A DNA stretch of 64,000 nucleotides from Candidatus Latescibacterota bacterium (GTDB lineage Bacteria; Latescibacterota; UBA2968), in assembly GCA_965222605.1 (NCBI GenBank), contig OZ244960.1:3104001-3168000 (forward strand). Reading direction: 5' to 3'. Below the pieces are notes generated by a model. It was not told the DNA's origin. It ran no database searches and saw nothing but the letters and a program-made list of their open reading frames with translations. This document shows positions 57,799 to 64,000 of this stretch, piece after piece. The first letter of the stretch is position 1, and each line of letters opens with the position of its first letter. Made by a program: the position numbers and the translations under genes.

Positions 57799-59568
57799 AT
57801 GGCTGTGACGACAATTGATTATGTGCCCTGTGCGCGTGTGGAAGATATTCCCGAGGGTGGGATTATAGCGGTGAATGTGGAGGGCCATGCGATTGCGCTG
57901 GCAAAGTCAGATGGCGAGATTCGGGCGGTGGATAATCGGTGCCCGCATATGGGGTATCCGCTGAGTGAGGGGTCGATTCACAATGGGTTGATTATTTGCC
58001 ACTGGCATCACGCGCGGTTTGATCTGGTGAGTGGGTGTACGTTTGATCCGTTTGCGGATGATGTTCGGAGTTATCCGGTGGATGTGCAGGATGGTGAAAT
58101 TTATGTGAATGTGCATGCCACGCATCCCGATCCGGTGGGACATTGGAAGCGACGGTTGAGCGAGAGTTTGGAGCAGAATATCAATCTGGTGATTGCCAAG
58201 TCGGTGATCGCGCTTCGGGGTCAGCGGGTCGATGGGGATGAGATTGCAGAGATTGGCGCGCGATATGGTGCGTTGAGGCGGCGTCAGGGGTGGGGGCCGG
58301 CGTTGACGATTTTGACGTGTATGGCCAATGCGGTGCCAAAGCTGGCGAATGAGGATCAGGTTCTGGCGCTGTATCAGGGGTTGTTGCATGTGGCGCGCGA
58401 GACGAGTAATGCATCGCCGAGGATTGTTTTTACGCCGCTGGAGACAGAGGAACTGACGCTCGCGCGTATTAAGGAGTGGTTCCGCTATATGATTGAGGTG
58501 CGGAATGCCGATGGTGCGGAACGCGCTTTGTTGACGGCGATTCAGATGGGGGCAACGTCTTCGGAGATGTGCGATATGCTGGTGGCAGCAGCGACAGATC
58601 ACTTTTATCGCGATGGCGGGCATGTGCTGGATTTTATCAATAAAGGTTTTGAGATGCTCGAGCGCATTGGATGGGACAAAGCCGATGAGATTTTGCCTTC
58701 GCTGGTGGGGGTGCTTTCAGGCTCACAGCGCAGTGAGGAGTTGAATCGGTGGCGCAGTCCCGTTGATCTGACGGCGTTGTTACACGGTGCGTTTGATGAG
58801 CTTGAGGATCTGGTTCGAGAGGGCGAGGGAAAGACGTGGGACGATGCGGATGCTTTGACGGAGATTCTGTCAGGTGATGATCCGCATGCGATTGTGGATG
58901 GGCTGAAGGCGGCATTTGCCGGGGGGGCGACGCTGACGCAGTTGACGCAGACGTTGGCTTATGCAGCGGCTTTGCGGATTGCGCGGTTTCACGTTAAGAA
59001 TGAGTTTGGCGATTGGATTGCTGTGTTGCATACGCATTCGGCGGCTAATGCGCTGCATCAATGTGCAAAGCGCGCGCCGTCATTGGAGTTGGCGCGGGGA
59101 ATTTTCCACGGTGCAATGGCGCTGTATTTTGACCGGTGGTTTAATAAGCCAGCAGCCAGATTGCCGCAGGATCAGCGCGCGACCCAACAGTTGCCGGAAG
59201 ATGCAGATGAGTTGCTGGATTCTTTTGTGGAGTTGCTCGATACACAGGCACAGGTGGATGAGGCGGGGCGGATTGCGTATCGGTATTTGTCGCTGGGGCA
59301 TCCGCGCGGTGAGTTGTGCGAGCGGTTGGGCCATGTGTTGCTGCGGGAAGATGCGGAGTTTCATTCGTTTCAGATGCTGGAGTCTGCATTTAGCCAGGCA
59401 GAGGAGCTGGATGAAGAACGCGCACGGATTACGCTGGTGGGCGCAGCGCGCTATCTGGCAGCGCATGCACCAACGGCGCGGGCGTTGAAGCAGACGGCGA
59501 ATTTGGCGCTTCGACTCCACCGGGGAGAGGATCTTTCGGCTGAAGATCCGGATGAGGATGTGGGGTGA
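57799..59568 (+). CDS. Rieske [2Fe-2S] domain fused to large helical domain
   Basis: CPHMG...CHWH Rieske motif; internally duplicated His-containing helical region; AAGGAGG RBS. Confidence 0.88.
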   Translation: MAVTTIDYVPCARVEDIPEGGIIAVNVEGHAIALAKSDGEIRAVDNRCPHMGYPLSEGSIHNGLIICHWHHARFDLVSGCTFDPFADDVRSYPVDVQDGEIYVNVHATHPDPVGHWKRRLSESLEQNINLVIAKSVIALRGQRVDGDEIAEIGARYGALRRRQGWGPALTILTCMANAVPKLANEDQVLALYQGLLHVARETSNASPRIVFTPLETEELTLARIKEWFRYMIEVRNADGAERALLTAIQMGATSSEMCDMLVAAATDHFYRDGGHVLDFINKGFEMLERIGWDKADEILPSLVGVLSGSQRSEELNRWRSPVDLTALLHGAFDELEDLVREGEGKTWDDADALTEILSGDDPHAIVDGLKAAFAGGATLTQLTQTLAYAAALRIARFHVKNEFGDWIAVLHTHSAANALHQCAKRAPSLELARGIFHGAMALYFDRWFNKPAARLPQDQRATQQLPEDADELLDSFVELLDTQAQVDEAGRIAYRYLSLGHPRGELCERLGHVLLREDAEFHSFQMLESAFSQAEELDEERARITLVGAARYLAAHAPTARALKQTANLALRLHRGEDLSAEDPDEDVG

Positions 59569-59571
59569 GAC

Positions 59572-59597
59572 GTAGGGGCGGGTCCCCGTGCCCGCCC
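59572..59597 (+). repeat. GTAG-type REP palindrome
   Basis: GTAGGGGCGGGTCCCCGTGCCCGCCC right after the stop codon. Confidence 0.7.
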
Positions 59598-59635
59598 GTG
59601 GCGGGACGGATGATTCCAGATCACAGACAGGTATT

Positions 59636-59671
59636 ACAAAAGCCTGTACCAGCGATGGTGCAGGCTTTTGT
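59636..59671. terminator. Bidirectional terminator between convergent genes
   Basis: ACAAAAGCCTGTACC / GGTGCAGGCTTTTGT stem. Confidence 0.8.
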
Positions 59672-59673
59672 AT

Positions 59674-60066
59674 TTATATAGTCGGTTCCCATTTTCCCTT
59701 TACGCGATAGGCTTCGCGATCGCCGGGCCACGGCGGCATGGTGATGGCTACGGCGCACAATGGTTCGCTGTTGTGGGCGCGAAATTGGAAGTGTGTGTCT
59801 TGTGGTATGGTGAGGGTTACGCCGGGGGCGAGGGGTGCGATTTCTTCGCGGTTGGCCTGTTTGCGCCACATTTCACCCTGTCCGCTGATGATGTACCAGA
59901 TTTCTTCGACGGTGCGGTGGGCAACGGCGATGGATGTTTTTCCCGGGGCGAGTTCAAAGTGGGCCATGCCACCGCTTTTGAGTTCGAGGAGTATGCGAAC
60001 ATCGGATCCATCGGGCGCGGTGACGTCGGGTTCCCGGGGCAGGCGTTTCGTGCTGAATTCGGTCAT
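59674..60066 (-). CDS. Cupin domain protein
   Basis: APDGSDVR, AHRTVEEIWYIISGQG, IPQDTHFQFR. Confidence 0.9.
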   Translation of the reverse strand: MTEFSTKRLPREPDVTAPDGSDVRILLELKSGGMAHFELAPGKTSIAVAHRTVEEIWYIISGQGEMWRKQANREEIAPLAPGVTLTIPQDTHFQFRAHNSEPLCAVAITMPPWPGDREAYRVKGKWEPTI

Positions 60067-60091
60067 GGTGTTCTCCTAAAAGCGATTCAAT

Positions 60092-60118
60092 GTAGGGGCG
60101 GTGCCCCTGTGCCCGCCC
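60092..60118 (+). repeat. GTAG-type REP palindrome
   Basis: GTAGGGGCGGTGCCCCTGTGCCCGCCC. Confidence 0.7.
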
Positions 60119-60149
60119 GTTGGGTGGCAGGGCGACGGGGATTGCCGAT

Positions 60150-60713
60150 TTACATTTCTTCTTCTATAGTTTTACGAAGCAGTAATTTTCCGCGGTACAG
60201 CCAGGTTTTTACTGTGCCTATGGGTACTTGCATGGCTTTTTCGATTTCGGCATACGAATAATCCTCGATATAACGCAGGCGCATGGCTTCGCGATATTGT
60301 TGTGGCAGTGTTTGTATGCTCTTGCGTACGAGGTGTTGGCATTCTCGTGCGTGCAGGGCGGTTTCCGGGTCTTGTGTGCAGGCTGGGGCGATTTTTTCTA
60401 TGCCTTCTGGGGAGTGAAAATAGGTTGCCCATTTGCGTCGCACGGATTGCGATTCGCAGTGCGAGAGGCATACGTTCATTGCTATGCGGGTCAACCAGGT
60501 TGAAAATGCCGCGTCACCGCGAAAGCGATTGAGTCCCTGGTATGCTTTTATAAATGCGATTTGAACCAGGTCGTCGATGTCGTCCTTGTTTTTTGTGTGG
60601 CTGGCTACAACCGAATAAATTCGGGCTACGTTTGCTTTGTACAGTTTGCCAAATGCGATCCCATCACCCATCCGCGCTTTTAGAATCATTGTCTGTTCTT
60701 CGTTCGGTGCCAT
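60150..60713 (-). CDS. ECF sigma-70 factor (paralog of 45152-45733)
   Basis: Start at ATG 60713 with AGAGGAG RBS; AFGKLY, FRGDAAFSTWLTRIA, VPIGTVKTWLYRG. Confidence 0.92.
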   Translation of the reverse strand: MAPNEEQTMILKARMGDGIAFGKLYKANVARIYSVVASHTKNKDDIDDLVQIAFIKAYQGLNRFRGDAAFSTWLTRIAMNVCLSHCESQSVRRKWATYFHSPEGIEKIAPACTQDPETALHARECQHLVRKSIQTLPQQYREAMRLRYIEDYSYAEIEKAMQVPIGTVKTWLYRGKLLLRKTIEEEM

Positions 60714-60828
60714 GATACTCCTCTTGTGTCGTGAGGTCATGTTGTTTTTGTTGTTCGTCCATTGTGTTTCGCACCGATTGTTGTTTGGGTGGTCCTCGAA
60801 TGGGATTGCGATGGTGGTAGGGGGCAAC

Positions 60829-60863
60829 AAAAAACCCGACATCGAATCTATCTCGATGTCGGG
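60829..60863 (-). terminator. Terminator/attenuator in ECF leader
   Basis: Minus strand CCCGACATCGA-N7-TCGATGTCGGG-TTTTTT. Confidence 0.75.
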
Positions 60864-61047
60864 CATATAGGGTGTAGGCACCAAAAACCCCACTCAGGGG
60901 TTGGCAAAATTTTAGCCTCCAGGGCATAATCGCCGCCTCCTGGAGGGATAATGGCGGTGTAAATAGACCATTTTATTTTACCTAAAGGTATTTAAATTCA
61001 GGTATTTATCTCCTAAAATCAGAGGGCTTTTGTTTTTGGGATTGGAC

Positions 61048-61076
61048 AATATAGCCCATTCTGTGTTTTCGTGCAA
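61048..61076 (-). promoter_or_regulatory. sigma70-like promoter
   Basis: TTGCAC-N17-TATATT on the minus strand. Confidence 0.65.
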
Positions 61077-61210
61077 GAAAAAATCTGTACCATACAAAAA
61101 AATTATTGTTTGGAAAATGAGGTGGGGTTGTTCACATTGTTAGCCTATATATTAGACCGGGTAGGTGAAAATTGTACGTCACGGGGTACGGCAAAAAGGG
61201 TTTTGTGTAA

Positions 61211-62125
61211 TCAAAACTGAACGACAAAATCAATATACGGAACGCCGGGAAAAATTGCTCCATCTCCTATCGTATTGATCAGCCCCAGATCTACGCTTAA
61301 TCGTTTGCCAAAAAATCGTATTCCATAAGAGATCAAGGGTTCGTCTATGCCGGGAAAGATCCAGTTTTCCGTAACAAATGCCGTCCGTCGCGTCAAGCGC
61401 TTCTCTCCTCCAATCATTACCATAGGGCGATCTGCCAAATTTCCGTCCACAAAACCATAACCAAGCCCTGCCGTCAGGCTGGCATCGGGTTGCCCAAATG
61501 TTGTTACACCATACAATATGCCCGCAACTTCAGGGTCATCTTGAAAGACATCATCGTCCCCAGGAATACGCACGAGAAGTGCGCCCATGGCAAAAGAGAA
61601 AGTCTTTTCCTGTACTAATCCGAATTTTGGTGCAACAAAAAATAATTGATCATTCATATCCACGCCGGGAAAGATGGAAAGTCCTCCTCCCAGAGTAAAG
61701 CGATCTGTGATCCCATAAGCAAAGCCTGGAAAAAAGAGATAATAATCAGAAAAATAACCTTTGCCCTGTTTCAGCATACGCGCCGTAGGTGCAAAGAATA
61801 GGCGTGTTATATTGGGATTTGCAAACCAGAGTTCTCCCTTTCGTATTAAGTCAACAGACACTGTTTCAATGTGTTTGATCTTTGAAATGGAAATGTGGAT
61901 AATGCCCAGGTCTGTCTTAAATGCGATCTCTTCAGTACCAATCTCCACAATGCGTCCGATATTTGTCGATCCATCGGTTGTTTCAAGCACCTGAATTTGA
62001 GTGGAATCGGGAATCGCCAACCGGGAGGTTAGGGAGGATGGTGCGTTCTTCGCGTGTTCTTCTGCAAAGATACTATTTAGAGAAATTGCAGTATAGATCA
62101 AGAGTAACCATTGCGCTCGTATCAT
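61211..62125 (-). CDS. Exported protein, probable outer-membrane beta-barrel
   Basis: Signal peptide; alternating Gly/aromatic beta strands; C-terminal Phe (YIDFVVQF). Confidence 0.7.
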   Translation of the reverse strand: MIRAQWLLLIYTAISLNSIFAEEHAKNAPSSLTSRLAIPDSTQIQVLETTDGSTNIGRIVEIGTEEIAFKTDLGIIHISISKIKHIETVSVDLIRKGELWFANPNITRLFFAPTARMLKQGKGYFSDYYLFFPGFAYGITDRFTLGGGLSIFPGVDMNDQLFFVAPKFGLVQEKTFSFAMGALLVRIPGDDDVFQDDPEVAGILYGVTTFGQPDASLTAGLGYGFVDGNLADRPMVMIGGEKRLTRRTAFVTENWIFPGIDEPLISYGIRFFGKRLSVDLGLINTIGDGAIFPGVPYIDFVVQF

Positions 62126-62315
62126 GACGAAACCCTCTGGATAGGAGATTAAAACAAACACATCAAGACCGTAAATTTGTCCTATTGTTCACGATTTGTC
62201 CCGTATAAAGTTTCAAAAAAGTGACAATTTTTCAGACACTGTCTGAAAATAAAAGCCCTGCTGGTTTAAGCAGGGCTTCGACGTAATTAGAGCAGAACCG
62301 GCCGTTTCCCGCTTT

Positions 62316-62663
62316 TCATAACTCAGAGACCGAAAGCACTGTGGTATAATACGCAAGCATGGCGTTGTCGGCGTCCGATTCAGTAATTTCATAAGGGATA
62401 GATTCAAATGATTTGTGCTCTTGTGCATCCAGTTCTTCTGAAAGGTAAAATTCATGAAGAATATCGTTTCTGCCAAAAGAAAAATTTCTGTCACCCTTAT
62501 CGGCTATACGCACATCCGCTAAGAATACGACAGCGGAAAATATGACTTTAACCTTTTTAGAGTGATGGTTCTGTAGTGATCCTCCGACAGTAACAATATT
62601 GTCTATTTTGCTCATAGATATACCACTTTCATCAATCTCTACTGCTGATGTATTCAGCATCAT
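62316..62663 (-). CDS. Hypothetical protein
   Basis: 115-aa ORF with GAGG RBS; no recognised family. Confidence 0.5.
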   Translation of the reverse strand: MMLNTSAVEIDESGISMSKIDNIVTVGGSLQNHHSKKVKVIFSAVVFLADVRIADKGDRNFSFGRNDILHEFYLSEELDAQEHKSFESIPYEITESDADNAMLAYYTTVLSVSEL

Positions 62664-62716
62664 AGTTTAATCCTCGTTTTTCCCATTCAGGATAGCTTAA
62701 TGGCGGTGAGATGCGA

Positions 62717-63007
62717 CTAACGAGGTATCAGCCGAATGTCCAGACGACAGCCAACAGCCTCTGCATATTTTTTGAGAGTGGCAAGAGAAGGAGAATGCTT
62801 TTTGTGGCGTCCCGATGCTTCAAGACGTGCAACTGCGGGTGTTTGGGTGCCCATCTTTTTTGCCACATCCGCCTGGGTTAAACCTGCATTCTTTCTGGCT
62901 CTGAGCATTTCATCAAAAAGCGCAAATTCGTCTGCAAGCGCGTCGTATTCAGCGACAAATTCTGGATCTTTCTTCCATTCATCAATCATTTCACGATGTG
63001 TTTTCAT
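62717..63007 (-). CDS. XRE-HTH antitoxin (HigA-like)
   Basis: ARKNAGLTQADVAKKMGT...VARLE...SPSLATLKKYA; AGGAG RBS; overlaps the toxin. Confidence 0.9.
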   Translation of the reverse strand: MKTHREMIDEWKKDPEFVAEYDALADEFALFDEMLRARKNAGLTQADVAKKMGTQTPAVARLEASGRHKKHSPSLATLKKYAEAVGCRLDIRLIPR

Positions 63008-63326
63008 GTGCAATCTCCTTCTGACGTTTGCGCGCAATCTCCAATTCCTTTCGAGGCGTTTTTTCAGATTTTTTGATATAGGCGTGGAGCACAATCACCC
63101 TTCGAGCAACAACCGTACAAAAAAACGCACGTCCAATTCCTTCTTTACCTTTTGCTCGTATCTCGAATAAACCATTCCCCAACGCTCGTGTAAAAGGCAT
63201 TCCCAAATTTGGACCAAAAATCGAGATACGCTCTGTAATCCGGGCATAGACAGCTCGGATTCCCACAGGCCAGGCATTCACGATACTTTGGACGTTCTCA
63301 TTGTAATAAACAATTTTCCAATTCAT
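62991..63326 (-). CDS. RelE/HigB (Gp49-like) toxin
   Basis: GPNLGMPFTRALGNGLFEIR...LHAYIKKSEKTPRKELEIARKR. Confidence 0.9.
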   Translation of the reverse strand: MNWKIVYYNENVQSIVNAWPVGIRAVYARITERISIFGPNLGMPFTRALGNGLFEIRAKGKEGIGRAFFCTVVARRVIVLHAYIKKSEKTPRKELEIARKRQKEIAHENTS

Positions 63327-63426
63327 ATCAAAAATTAACAAATTTGTTAATAAAAAGCAACTCATAATTCTTCTTTTGATATTATACGGCAATGCCGTAT
63401 ATTTTATTTTTATAAGGAGATCGAAA

Positions 63427-63699
63427 ATGAATAAAAAGAACAGAAATATTGGTCAAGAAATTCTATCTGGCCTGCAGGAAATCAAGCGAGGCGAACACGG
63501 GCGTATTATCACAGTACCTGATATTGCCCAAACGAGAGCGAAAGTGGGTCTTTCTCAAACTCAGTTTGCCCAATTGATGGGTGTGTCTGTTCGAACATTG
63601 CAAGATTGGGAGCAGGGCCGCCGCCGTCCATCAGGTGCAGCCCGGACACTACTGATAATCGCAGACAAAAACCCTCAAGCGATATTGGATGTGATGTAA
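63427..63699 (+). CDS. XRE-HTH protein (orphan antitoxin, YiaG/HigA-like)
   Basis: GLSQTQFAQLMGVSVRTLQDWEQGRRRPSGAA; AAGGAG RBS. Confidence 0.88.
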   Translation: MNKKNRNIGQEILSGLQEIKRGEHGRIITVPDIAQTRAKVGLSQTQFAQLMGVSVRTLQDWEQGRRRPSGAARTLLIIADKNPQAILDVM

Positions 63700-63720
63700 G
63701 AACCCGTTCTCTGGCGACGT

Positions 63721-64000
63721 TCAGGGCGCAGGTCGTCTCACTGTTTCTTCAAAGTAAGCTGCCTCTGGATTGTCAATCCAATCGCAAATCCAACCCAGTT
63801 CCTTTAGTCCGCTTTGAACAATCGGCAATGTCGCTCGCAATTCTTTTACCGGTACCCAGTCACGCCAGTGGCGGTCGGCTGGCGGGTCGAGAAATTCTCT
63901 AATGCCACCTACCGCCCGTTGAATCGACGGATATACCATTGCGCCCAGTTGTGTCTGTTTGGCCGCTTCAACCAGCCATTTGTCATAGGGAAACGGCTGT
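63721..64000 (-). CDS. Hypothetical protein, 3' part (runs off window)
   Basis: Frame stays open to the window edge: QPFPYDKWLVEAAKQTQLGAMVYPS... Confidence 0.6.
   Translation of the reverse strand, partial: QPFPYDKWLVEAAKQTQLGAMVYPSIQRAVGGIREFLDPPADRHWRDWVPVKELRATLPIVQSGLKELGWICDWIDNPEAAYFEETVRRPAP

Overview
Bacterial accessory region. Lineage is not determinable here; the gene content suggests an uncultured FCB-group organism such as Latescibacterota or Gemmatimonadota (inference). Bases 1-48,100 hold a minus-strand array of 14 paralogous ~800-aa MacB/FtsX-type (type VII) ABC permease genes with no ATPase domain: 10 intact, one cut by the window edge, one frameshifted, one split by a complete IS66, and one 3' fragment, plus two tiny remnants. 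No cognate LolD/MacB ATPase or adaptor gene is in the window. Three copies of a regulatory cassette (perfect sigma54 -24/-12 box, IHF-like site, tandem TGT-N10/11-ACA dyads, identical spacing) head the sub-arrays. Co-transcribed genes include a TlpA-like oxidoreductase, an ECF sigma factor, a TPR-GWxTD protein and a pair of fused ABC exporters. Near-identical paralogs differ mainly in periplasmic loops. Sub-arrays are separated by decayed or chimeric toxin-antitoxin modules that share one leader. A LytS/LytTR-hydrolase unit and a secreted EndoU-like RNase sit at 9-16 kb. Bases 50-64 kb hold an MFS transporter, a sugar-acid catabolic operon (beta-propeller, two PhyH dioxygenases, enolase-superfamily dehydratase, FucU), an AirS/YhcY-like GAF kinase with NarL regulator and Rieske protein, a cupin, a second ECF sigma with a structured leader, and more TA genes.
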